Made by a program: the position numbers and the translations under genes. A stretch of DNA of 64,000 nt from Waterburya sp. (GTDB taxonomy: Bacteria; Cyanobacteriota; Cyanobacteriia; Cyanobacteriales; Xenococcaceae), in NCBI GenBank assembly GCA_965217895.1, contig CBDCJV010000002.1, positions 2,880,001-2,944,000 of the forward strand, read 5' to 3'. This document shows, one piece after another, positions 41,446 through 50,706 of the stretch (positions within the stretch are counted from its first letter, which is position 1; every line of letters starts with the position of its first letter). The notes below the pieces were generated by a model. The model had not been told where the DNA came from. It ran no database searches and saw only the letters and a list, made by a program, of their open reading frames with translations.

Positions 41446-42681
41446 ATGAAGAACCATGAGGAAAAATCAGTAGAGTTACACAATCAAAATTTTCGTTGGG
41501 CTGTGCTTATTGTTGCGACTGTTGCACAGGCGACCGCCTGTTTTCTGGTTCAGGGACTTGGTGCTTTTGCAGAATATATGCAAGAGGCTTTTAATCTAAG
41601 CACTTTCGAGATTGGGCTACTCGTTTCGGCTGCACAATTCTTCCCAGTTATCGGATTGCTAGTTGCTGGCGAACTGCTTGACCGCTTTAGCGAAAGACTG
41701 ATCGTTGGGGTCGGGTCATTGATCGTTGCTGCTTCTCTTTTTATTTTATCCTATGCTAGGAGTTATGAAAATATTCTGATCGGGCTTTTTATCGTAGGCA
41801 TGGGCTATAGTACTGCACAACCAGGTGGAAGCAAGTCGGTATCAATATGGTTCTCAAAGTCGCAACGCGGATTGGCGATGGGGATTCGTCAAGCTGGTTT
41901 ACCTCTAGGTGGTGCGCTCGCAGCGGCAAGTCTACCACTAGTAGCGGCAAGTTATGGGTGGCGTGCGGCATTCCTTGTAGGAGCCAGTGTTGCGTTTATT
42001 GGTGGTGTTCTATTCATCATTGTCTATAGGTCACCAATTGTTAGTACTCCTAATACTCAGAATCAAAGGGTCGTATCAATTAAAGCTGCTTTGCGTAATC
42101 GATTATCTTTGTTAAAGCATCCCAGTATGCGGAATATAGTGTGGTCTGGGATAACGTTGATAACAACACAATATGGTATAGTCATTTTTCTCGCGCTTTA
42201 TGTGCATGAAAGGTTTAATGTGTCGGTCGAGAACAGTACCAATATGCTTTTGGTTGCTCAATGCGCAGGTGTGCTTGGACGTATTACACTTGCAGCGTGG
42301 AGCGATCAAAGTAGATATGGACGATATTTTCCAGTTGTAACCAGCATGAGTGCGCTGATTTTGGGCTTGATTATGCTCTTAATGTTGTGGACAAAATTAT
42401 TAATAATATTATTCCCTCTTGCAGCTTGGCTTGGTTTTTTTGGACTTGGTTGGTATGGACCGTGGGTAGCCTATGTTAGCGAATCAGCTCCTCCTGAAAG
42501 AGTAGGGTTTGCACTAGGTTTAGTAATGGCAATCAACCAGGTAGCGGTAATAGGAAGTCCGCCGTTGTTTGGGTGGTTGCGAGATATAACGGGCAGCTAT
42601 GTCACTAGCTGGTCTCTACTGATTGCGATATTAATTAGTTCTATTCTTTGGCAATTTTTTGCATTCCTTTATAGGAGATGA
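41446..42681 (+). CDS. MFS transporter
   Basis: About 12 TM helices; GELLDRFSER, QRGLAMGIRQAGLPLGG and WSD motifs. Confidence 0.93.
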   Translation: MKNHEEKSVELHNQNFRWAVLIVATVAQATACFLVQGLGAFAEYMQEAFNLSTFEIGLLVSAAQFFPVIGLLVAGELLDRFSERLIVGVGSLIVAASLFILSYARSYENILIGLFIVGMGYSTAQPGGSKSVSIWFSKSQRGLAMGIRQAGLPLGGALAAASLPLVAASYGWRAAFLVGASVAFIGGVLFIIVYRSPIVSTPNTQNQRVVSIKAALRNRLSLLKHPSMRNIVWSGITLITTQYGIVIFLALYVHERFNVSVENSTNMLLVAQCAGVLGRITLAAWSDQSRYGRYFPVVTSMSALILGLIMLLMLWTKLLIILFPLAAWLGFFGLGWYGPWVAYVSESAPPERVGFALGLVMAINQVAVIGSPPLFGWLRDITGSYVTSWSLLIAILISSILWQFFAFLYRR

Positions 42682-43149
42682 CATTAACGAATCGGAAAGC
42701 AGAAACAGCAATGCGATCGCTCTATAACTTTATCTTAAGTATCTTAGAAGTGTAGATTCTGAGCGATCAATGGGCAAATTATTTGATTTACCAGAAGAAA
42801 TAAAATTAGACACAATACAAGTTTTAGATGAAGATTGGTTTCCTGATTAACTATGTGTAATCAATAATTAACCAATAACAAATTATGATTATCGGCGATC
42901 GCTTTTAGGCGGCAATACTAAAATCTATAGTGGGGCGTTATTACGTCTGTAGGAAAAAGATTTTGAGCAGGTACAGCATCAAGACTGAATTTCTTCGGCC
43001 AGAGGTTGACTGTAAAGTTAAAATGGCAGAAACACAACGTCAACATCTTTTATAACTGTTGGTAAAGTTCTTTAGTTATTTCTCACAGATATTAAAAAGA
43101 TCTAACCTCAGACTGTTAAAATTTGTGAGGCTTCTATAAAATTGGCTAA

Positions 43150-44208
43150 ATGGTATTAAAGCGCGCAAGGATCGCAGTAGACGCTATGGGGGGAGATTAC
43201 GCCCCTGAAGAAATTGTGGCGGGGGCAGTTCAAGCCTCAGCAGAACTAGATTTAGATGTCTTACTGGTGGGAGATGAACAACAGATAAGCCCGTTACTGG
43301 AAAAATATAACGGCAAGGGAATAGCCCAAGCTGAAGTTGTTCACGCTGAAGATGTGATCGCCATGAAGGAAGAACCTCTAAAAGCGATTCGCCGTAAGCC
43401 CAAAGCCTCGATCAATGTGGCAATGAATTTAGTTAAGCAAAAAAAAGCTGATGCGGTAGTTTCGGCTGGACATTCAGGGGCAGCAATGGCATCGGCTCAT
43501 CTAAGATTAGGTCGTTTGCAAGGTATCGAACGTCCTGCTATTGGTGCAGTATTACCTACCATTATTCCTGGTCAATCGGTCATCGTTTTAGACGTGGGGG
43601 CAAACGTAGACAGCAAAGCCAAATATCTGGATCAGTTTGCCTTAATGGGTACAATCTACAGTAGATATGTTTTGGGCAAGGAAGAGCCGAAAGTAGGATT
43701 GCTCAATATTGGCGAAGAATCTTGCAAGGGCAATGAATTGGCACTCTCTACCTATAAGTTGCTGTCGAATAATTCCCAGATTCTTTTTGTGGGTAACGCC
43801 GAAGGCAGAGATGTTTTGTCTGGAGAGTTTGATATTATCGTTTGCGATGGTTTTGTGGGCAATATTGTTCTCAAGTTTGCTGAAGCAATTGGCGAAGTGA
43901 TGCTGCAAATTATGAAAGAAGAACTACCCCAAGGATTGCACGGTAAGATGGGAACAGCTTTACTCAAGCCCAATCTAAAAAATATAAAACGTCGAATAGA
44001 TCGCGCCGAACATGGTGGAGGATTGCTGTTTGGAGTAGCGGGAATCTGCATTATCAGCCACGGTAGCTCTCGTCGGGGGTCAATGTTTAGTGCGATTCGC
44101 TTGGCAAAAGAGGCGATAGATAACGATGTATTAGCCAAAATAAAAGCTTACAACAACCAAAGAATTGAAGAACAGATAAATCATACAGAAGCAGCTTCTG
44201 CTAAATAA
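43150..44208 (+). CDS. plsX: Phosphate acyltransferase
   Basis: AVDAMGGD, SAGHSGA, LDVGANVD, LLNIGEE and CDGFVGN motifs. Confidence 0.97.
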   Translation: MVLKRARIAVDAMGGDYAPEEIVAGAVQASAELDLDVLLVGDEQQISPLLEKYNGKGIAQAEVVHAEDVIAMKEEPLKAIRRKPKASINVAMNLVKQKKADAVVSAGHSGAAMASAHLRLGRLQGIERPAIGAVLPTIIPGQSVIVLDVGANVDSKAKYLDQFALMGTIYSRYVLGKEEPKVGLLNIGEESCKGNELALSTYKLLSNNSQILFVGNAEGRDVLSGEFDIIVCDGFVGNIVLKFAEAIGEVMLQIMKEELPQGLHGKMGTALLKPNLKNIKRRIDRAEHGGGLLFGVAGICIISHGSSRRGSMFSAIRLAKEAIDNDVLAKIKAYNNQRIEEQINHTEAASAK

Positions 44209-44250
44209 ATGTATCAATCAATAAGCCCTAATAAATAACGGAGTGAAACA

Positions 44251-45249
44251 TTGAACAATATGGGTGCGGGGATAGCGATTACTGGATGTGGTTCGGCTGC
44301 ACCAAAGGCAGTTTTGACTAACGATCATTTGGCGCAGATGGTTGCCACCTCTGATGAATGGATTAATACCAGAACGGGCATGAGCAATCGTCATATCGCC
44401 TCAGCTACCGAATCTCTTAGTCAACTATCTGCTGTGGCTGCCCAAAATGCGATCGCTATGGCAGGAATTACCGCCACCGATATTGATTTGATTATTCTGG
44501 CTACCTCCACTCCTGATGATCTGTTTGGTAGTGCCTGTAAGGTTCAAGGATTGATTGGGGCAACTAACGCGGTGGCTTTCGATTTAGGTGCTGCTTGTTC
44601 TGGGTTTATTTTTGCTTTGATTACGGCTTCTGGGTTTATTCGCACTGGAGTGTATAAAAACGTCTTGATTATCGGCGCAGATATACTTTCTCGTTGGGTA
44701 GATTGGTCAGATCGCTCTAGCTGTGTTTTGTTTGGTGATGGTGCGGGGGCAATGGTATGTCAAAGAACTAGTCAAGGCGATCGCCTATTAAGCATGGGAA
44801 TGTATAGTAACGGTAGCCAAAATGATTCTCTAAATTTAAACTACTATAGTCAATCTAAACCACTGGTAGAGAATATAACTGCCCAATACGGTTCATATCA
44901 GCCAATAACCATGAATGGTAAAGAAGTATATCGTTTTGCTGTAGCTAAAGTTCCTGAAGCAGTTAGTAAAGCTATGTTTCAAGCTAACTTAACGGCAGAT
45001 GATATTGATTGGCTGTTGCTGCATCAGGCAAATCAGCGCATCATGGATGCAGTAGCAAAAAGGCTCAAAATTCCTACAGAAAAGATTTTAAGTAATATAG
45101 CTGAATATGGAAATACGTCTGCTGCTTCTATTCCTCTGGCGTTAGATGCTGCGGTTAGAGACGGTCGAGTTCAGCCAGGACATACCATTGCTGCTTCTGG
45201 CTTTGGTGCAGGTTTAACCTGGGGTACAGCTATTTTTAAATGGGGCTAG
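44251..45249 (+). CDS. fabH: Beta-ketoacyl-ACP synthase III
   Basis: AACSGF, HQAN, GNTSAAS and GFGAGLTWG motifs. Confidence 0.96.
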   Translation: MNNMGAGIAITGCGSAAPKAVLTNDHLAQMVATSDEWINTRTGMSNRHIASATESLSQLSAVAAQNAIAMAGITATDIDLIILATSTPDDLFGSACKVQGLIGATNAVAFDLGAACSGFIFALITASGFIRTGVYKNVLIIGADILSRWVDWSDRSSCVLFGDGAGAMVCQRTSQGDRLLSMGMYSNGSQNDSLNLNYYSQSKPLVENITAQYGSYQPITMNGKEVYRFAVAKVPEAVSKAMFQANLTADDIDWLLLHQANQRIMDAVAKRLKIPTEKILSNIAEYGNTSAASIPLALDAAVRDGRVQPGHTIAASGFGAGLTWGTAIFKWG

Positions 45250-45327
45250 ATTTGGTGATTACTGAGCCGTCAGGTATTTGTTAGGCTGTTAGCAAAATAA
45301 AATTACTATAATAACTATTAATTTCTA

Positions 45328-45522
45328 ATGGGTTCATTAAATAGATTAATTAAGTCTGTGGTAATTGGCTTAATTGTCTTTTTATTTTCCAGTTTATTAA
45401 TTATTGATCCTGTTAATGCCAAAAGTATTACTGGTAGTTTTGGCGCAGGTACTATGATTGCAACACCCGATAGGAATGTTGTAATTGAAGATTTACAGCC
45501 AGGCGATCGCCATTGTGGTTAG
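45328..45522 (+). pseudogene. Truncated secreted Hint-domain protein
   Basis: Signal peptide, then GSFGAGTMIATPD..VVIEDLQPGDR (Hint block A-like, Ser in place of Cys). The frame ends right after the HIP1 at 45503-45510. Confidence 0.65.
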
Positions 45523-46137
45523 TTTTCGCGATCGCATCTTTATTTACAGAATATTTTTTGACAATCTACAAAATCCATGATGCCAACTAGCCAAAGTATA
45601 GACTTTTACCTTTATTTTTATCTGACCAAAGAAAGATCAAATCAACATTTTTAGCTGATAACTTTTATCTATAAGCCTGATAACTATTTAATAATTTGAC
45701 GCGCTATATAAGTGACATTTTTTAAATAGTTTATTCGTTTAAGTCTCTCTTAATAAAAGATACTTAAAATGAATAGTTTTGTTTGGAGCAGCCTTTTGAA
45801 ATGTTGTTCTAGAAAACTTTAAAGACTAAGTAAGTACTAACTAATTGAGTTTAGTAATGTTGGGTATTTATTGTTAGCCATCCCTTACTAGCATTTTATT
45901 GTGTGTTGCATCAAAGTTATTTGGATTAATTATTCAGGCTTTGTTTTAAGCTGATTTTACTTGCTCGATAGATTCCAACGAAAATGTTGATGTCAATACT
46001 GAAACTGGTGGATATGGTAATCAAGATGTCTGGAATGATTCTCAACAGGCTAGTTCAGAACAAACAGCAGCTAATTAAAATTAGCTTTTTCAGGCTTAAA
46101 ACCACAAAAATCAAACAACAAGAATATTAAACTAATC

Positions 46138-46455
46138 ATGACTTCTAATAACACTCAGCAAGATGATCTCAGTTCCAAAGCACAACCTGGTTCTCGCGAA
46201 TCTAGTAGTGGTGGTGAAACTAGTACTACAGGTGGTAGTTCTCAGGTTGATGTCAAAGATGTATTGAATACTAATGAGACAGGTAAGTCACCAGAAAACG
46301 TTAATACTGTACCAGATGATTCTGGCGACTCTAAATCAAAAGAAGGCGGTACTTCAGAAGTCTCTGCCAAAGAACAACTGAACACCCACGGTTCAGGTGA
46401 GCCATCCGCCGACAATGTTGATGTCGAAGCTGATTCTCAAGCAGCAAATAGTTAA
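46138..46455 (+). CDS. Hydrophilin-like disordered protein
   Basis: Rich in S/G/T/D/E/N with no aromatics; duplicated motif GG(S/T)S(Q/E)V..K..LNT. Confidence 0.75.
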   Translation: MTSNNTQQDDLSSKAQPGSRESSSGGETSTTGGSSQVDVKDVLNTNETGKSPENVNTVPDDSGDSKSKEGGTSEVSAKEQLNTHGSGEPSADNVDVEADSQAANS

Positions 46456-46845
46456 TGATTTGAACATTGCATAGTTAATAGCATTTATTTTAACTGTGCA
46501 ACGCACTTTATTAAATAAAATTGTCTGGCTAATCGATCGCCTTAGCAATCATTAGCCAGACAACACTAGAGAATTTATCATGTTCAAACGCGATCGCTCT
46601 ATTCTTTTCAAAGAAACTCTGCTTGATGCTTCGCTTAAAAATGAGTTCGGCTTCCAAGAACAAGATATTTTACCTTTGTTTCTAAAATATCAAAGTAAGC
46701 GACAAATTCTAATTAATATTGTCAGTTTTATGACTTACGTGGTTCAATTAGCGACTCAGTTTTATTTACGGCGTTTGCAAAGAGGCAATACTGTTTATCA
46801 ACCAGGAACTCGATTTAACTGGTTTAAAGTAGGTAGATCTAAATC

Positions 46846-47337
46846 TTAAGCAACATCAAAATTAGATGGCTTATTGCGATTCAAAATAAACCAGCCAACT
46901 GCTATAGATAGAATACCTGCACCGATAAAGCTCAAATCCCAAGCAAGCTGATGCGCTCCTGGCTTGACATGGTGAATCTGAAAAATATGGTGGCTAAGAA
47001 TACCTTCGACTACATTAAACATACCCGCACCGATACAAAAAGCACCAATTAAAACCGATGTAGATAGTAATACATCATCGCGCTTAACTGCTAGCCATAA
47101 GGCTATTATGCCAGCCAGAGTTATCAGCCAGTCTGCCAAATGAAATAAACCATCACCTAAAGTATTTAATTCCAAACCTGCAACAGTATTACCACTTTCA
47201 ATATTGGTAAACATATGATGCCACTGTAGCAGTTGGTGAAAAAAGATCCCGTCGAAAAAGCCAGCTTGTCCTAAACCAAGTAGGATTCCAGCAATAATTA
47301 AAGGGCGGTTGTTGTTAACAGTATTATTTGTTGACAT
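46846..47337 (-). CDS. DUF2243 membrane protein
   Basis: FFDGIFFHQLLQWHHM, DGLFH and HHIFQIHHV motifs. Confidence 0.9.
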   Translation of the reverse strand: MSTNNTVNNNRPLIIAGILLGLGQAGFFDGIFFHQLLQWHHMFTNIESGNTVAGLELNTLGDGLFHLADWLITLAGIIALWLAVKRDDVLLSTSVLIGAFCIGAGMFNVVEGILSHHIFQIHHVKPGAHQLAWDLSFIGAGILSIAVGWFILNRNKPSNFDVA

Positions 47338-47775
47338 AATAAGTCTTTCAAAGTTGCAGTAACTATTTTTTAAGTAATAAAATTTGAGCTTTTATCTAAT
47401 ACGAAAATGTTTTTTTATAGTGAGCAGAATGCTTGCATTTTCTAATAAAAATTAGAATTCTAAGAACTGTTTAATGCTATAAGTTCGGCAAAAAGATAGC
47501 GATCACGCGAGTTTAAATATAATCTGCCTTTAAGGTCTGAAAAGAATAATTCATTAAATGCACCATATATATTATATTTTATTACTTGATAACTACAATA
47601 GCTGTATGGTAGTTAATGCTAATAAAACTATCTACATCTTAGCTAAAAAGTATTCAGCCATTAGAGGGATATTAATACTTGTTTGCTATCAGCATTAAAA
47701 CTAAAAAGATTGCAAAAAACATCTACTTTTTTAGAGATTAATCAAAGCTACGATTAATGATATAAGTCTATCTTT

Positions 47776-49167
47776 GTGAAGAAGCAAAGCAAGATACAAA
47801 TTAGCAAAAATGTAACTACCTCACTACATAATAAAAAATTAATGCTACAAATTGCTGCTGTAAATCTGCTTCAGCCTATAGCAGGACAGATAGACTATAA
47901 TGCCAATTTACAACCATTAGTCAGTCGATCGCCTTTAATTAGCTGTGAAATTTGCGTAATCGTTCCCGTGCGCGATGAAGCAGAAAATATTGAAGCTACG
48001 CTTTTGGCTTTGACAAATCAAGTAGATTTAACAGGTAAGCCTTTAGATAAAAACCGTTACGAAATTATTGTTCTGGCGAATAACTGTACCGACAATTCCG
48101 CAGAAGTGGCTAGGCGTTTTGCTCTAACTCAGCCAAATTTGATACTTCATATTGTAGAAATGACTATCGAAAGCGATCGCGCTCACATTGGCTGGGTGAG
48201 AAAGCTCTTGATGGATGAGGCATACAGACGATTAAAATCGATCAAACGCGACTTTGGTGTAATTGCCTCTACCGATGGAGATACGCGAGTTTCTTCTACA
48301 TGGATTGCTGCAACTCTAGCAGAAATTAAGGCTGGGGCTGATGCTGTTGGTGGTCGCATCGTTACCAATAACAGAGAAAGAAGTAAACTAGACAAGACTA
48401 CCAGACTATATTTTCTGAGTTATCTGCGTTATGGCTATTTAACCTCACAGCTAGAAGCTTTTCTCGATCCCTATTTCGATCCGCTCCCCCGACATCATCA
48501 TCATTACGGCGCAAGTTTTGCCATAACTGCGCAAATGTACGCTAAAGTTGGCGGTCTACCTCCTTTACCTTCCTCTGAAGATTTGGCTCTTTATAATGCC
48601 TTGATGCGTGTAGATGCTTGTTTTCGCCACAGTCCAGCAGTGCGGGTAGTTACCAGTGCTAGAGATTTAGGAAGGGCGAAGGCTGGGCTAGCAGATCGAT
48701 TGTCTCAGCTAAAGACTATAGGGCAACAGCAACAGTGTTTGTGGGTCGAGTCGGCTTTGACAACCGAAGCCCGTTTTCGTCTACGTCGTCAGCTACGCTA
48801 TTTGTGGCACAGAACTTTAACAGGCAAAGCTTCGGCAGTTAAGATGGCAATTGTGGCTCAAAAGTTGGGCATAAATCAAGACTTACTAGTAGAAATTATC
48901 TGGCGTAGCCAAGCCATGCCGATAGGCTTATCGCCTAGTTTTGGATTGCTTGTCGAGCAGATTGGACAATATCAAGCAGAAAATGCCCATTTATACAGTA
49001 AATACGCCCAAAAAGTCACGATTCAACAGGCAATTGTGGATTTACAGGCTCTAGTAAACAAAACTTACATCGATCGCCATCATTTAAGAAAACAAACTAA
49101 TTATTATTCAAGTCTAAACTCGCTCGAACAAATCGAGCCGATATCGCTCCTCCCGCAGTCCTTTTAA
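47776..49167 (+). CDS. Family 2 glycosyltransferase
   Basis: VIVPVRDE, NNCTD, TDGD, GASFA, ED and VVTSAR motifs. Confidence 0.9.
   Translation: MKKQSKIQISKNVTTSLHNKKLMLQIAAVNLLQPIAGQIDYNANLQPLVSRSPLISCEICVIVPVRDEAENIEATLLALTNQVDLTGKPLDKNRYEIIVLANNCTDNSAEVARRFALTQPNLILHIVEMTIESDRAHIGWVRKLLMDEAYRRLKSIKRDFGVIASTDGDTRVSSTWIAATLAEIKAGADAVGGRIVTNNRERSKLDKTTRLYFLSYLRYGYLTSQLEAFLDPYFDPLPRHHHHYGASFAITAQMYAKVGGLPPLPSSEDLALYNALMRVDACFRHSPAVRVVTSARDLGRAKAGLADRLSQLKTIGQQQQCLWVESALTTEARFRLRRQLRYLWHRTLTGKASAVKMAIVAQKLGINQDLLVEIIWRSQAMPIGLSPSFGLLVEQIGQYQAENAHLYSKYAQKVTIQQAIVDLQALVNKTYIDRHHLRKQTNYYSSLNSLEQIEPISLLPQSF
48903..48934. mobile_element. 24-bp element apparently inserted into a HIP1 site (SDR-like)
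   Basis: GCG|TAGCCAAGCCATGCCGATAGGCTT|ATCGC; removing the insert restores GCGATCGC and keeps the frame. Confidence 0.6.
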
Positions 49168-49695
49168 ATGTTTTAAACCAGTAAGTTGTAGAAAAGAATT
49201 GTGAACTTCATCGCCTGTAAGGGGATAATCTTTGGCAAATAGCGTCCAGTGAACCAGCAAAAGATGTCCTCCTACCTGGAGATGCTTGAGAATCAATTGC
49301 TGAGTTTTTTTAAGATCGTCCCAACTCAGGTAATAGCCAACTTCTGATACCAAAGTTAGATCAAACATTTCATCAGGATAGTCTTGTGGCACTTGAGCAA
49401 TTTTAAAGCGTACCTGGGGTAAATCTTGACAACGAGCGATCGCCTTTTTTTGAGCTATTTCCGAAACATCAATCGAAAGCAAAGAGTCGCAGCGTTGAGC
49501 CAGCAAAGCCGTTAGTACCCCAATCGAGCCACCTATTTCTAAGACATTGCTGTAGCGGGGTTTGGGTAAGGTGGCAATAGTTGTCTGATATTTTTGGGCT
49601 TCATAATCGCTGGTTTCAAAATCCCAAGGATCGGGATTTGCTCGATACATATCTTCAAAATAATTTGGCGGAAGCGAATTTTTTGGCTTATTCAT
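49114..49695 (-). CDS. NodS-like SAM-dependent methyltransferase
   Basis: DPWDFETSDYE..KY, LEIGGSIG, SEVGYY and LLVHW motifs. Confidence 0.9.
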   Translation of the reverse strand: MNKPKNSLPPNYFEDMYRANPDPWDFETSDYEAQKYQTTIATLPKPRYSNVLEIGGSIGVLTALLAQRCDSLLSIDVSEIAQKKAIARCQDLPQVRFKIAQVPQDYPDEMFDLTLVSEVGYYLSWDDLKKTQQLILKHLQVGGHLLLVHWTLFAKDYPLTGDEVHNSFLQLTGLKHLKGLREERYRLDLFERV

Positions 49696-49791
49696 AATTT
49701 TGTCGTTGGTAATTTAATACATAACATACAAGGTGTTTCTGACCGCAGCTTTAAGCTATAAGCTTTTAAGCAGTGAATGTAAGAGATAATT

Positions 49792-50706
49792 TCAAAAATC
49801 AGAACCTGCATCAACCCCAACTTCTAAATATATTTCCCAGGGTTGAGTAAAATTTCGCAGCATTTCTGGTGTTAAACGGAAACCTTCTGGGTCATCGTCG
49901 ATTAAATCGCTTATTTGAGAACGATATTGAGCGATCGCCTGTTGTTTTAATTCGAGAACACTACTAATATCTAATCGCCAAGCATTTATCGACTCAGGAA
50001 AATTCTGTCTTTGCTTACTGTCCCAATCCCAAATAGGATACTCGATTAGACGCGGAATGTTATCTTGATTATTAATAGCTGCTTTAAACAATTGCCAACT
50101 AGCGCGGTGATCTGGGTGAGGATCTCTACGCCAAGGAAGCAAGACAATTGAAGGTGTCGTGTTTTTTAAATACTGATGACAAAGTGAAATTGCATCCTGA
50201 TATTCCTGTCCTCTTTCTTTTGTCCTCTTGTCTATCTCTACTATTTCATTGCTATTCAAATTTACAGCCGGAACTGCACCATCAGGCATTCCTAAAAAAG
50301 TAACTGCTTCAGGCGCAACGCCTAAAACCGCCAAAGCAGCCAAACTTTCTTGTTCTCGTAATTTCTTCAGTGCTGGAGGTGGATAGGTTTTAGAATTAGG
50401 ATGAGATTTTGTGCCATCACTAACGACCAATACTTTTACCGCTATATTTAATTGGCGTAATAAAGCAATCGCGCCTCCGCAACCCAAGGTTTCATCATCG
50501 GGATGAGGTGCGACTATTAATATAGATTGATGATCTGATTTTCGCTCAACTAAAGTTTCAATTTCCCAAAGAGGTAAAAACTCTGGAGTGTTAAAAAAAG
50601 AGCGATCGCCTGTAGGGGCGAACGGCCGTTCGCCCCTACCAAAGTTGACTGGCATCATCGGTTTGGATAAGAACATATTTGCCGACATCGGTAAGGGCAG
50701 CATCAA
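49792..50706 (-). CDS. PIG-L/LmbE family deacetylase (start uncertain)
   Basis: APHPDDETLG, SDGTKSH, DPHPDH and YRSQ motifs. Confidence 0.92.
   Translation of the reverse strand: MMLPLPMSANMFLSKPMMPVNFGRGERPFAPTGDRSFFNTPEFLPLWEIETLVERKSDHQSILIVAPHPDDETLGCGGAIALLRQLNIAVKVLVVSDGTKSHPNSKTYPPPALKKLREQESLAALAVLGVAPEAVTFLGMPDGAVPAVNLNSNEIVEIDKRTKERGQEYQDAISLCHQYLKNTTPSIVLLPWRRDPHPDHRASWQLFKAAINNQDNIPRLIEYPIWDWDSKQRQNFPESINAWRLDISSVLELKQQAIAQYRSQISDLIDDDPEGFRLTPEMLRNFTQPWEIYLEVGVDAGSDF
50612..50639. repeat. Perfect 28-bp palindrome at the ACAD/PIG-L junction
   Basis: GTAGGGGCGAACGGCCGTTCGCCCCTAC, next to a HIP1 site. Confidence 0.85.

Noticed and set aside
42770..42850. Short ORF ending QVLDEDWFPD, reminiscent of a DUF29 C-terminus
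   Set aside because: Only ~26 aa of weak similarity; possibly a remnant at the islet edge, but not callable.
46580..46849. 89-aa plus-strand ORF
   Set aside because: No recognisable motif, and it converges on DUF2243; coding status unsupported.
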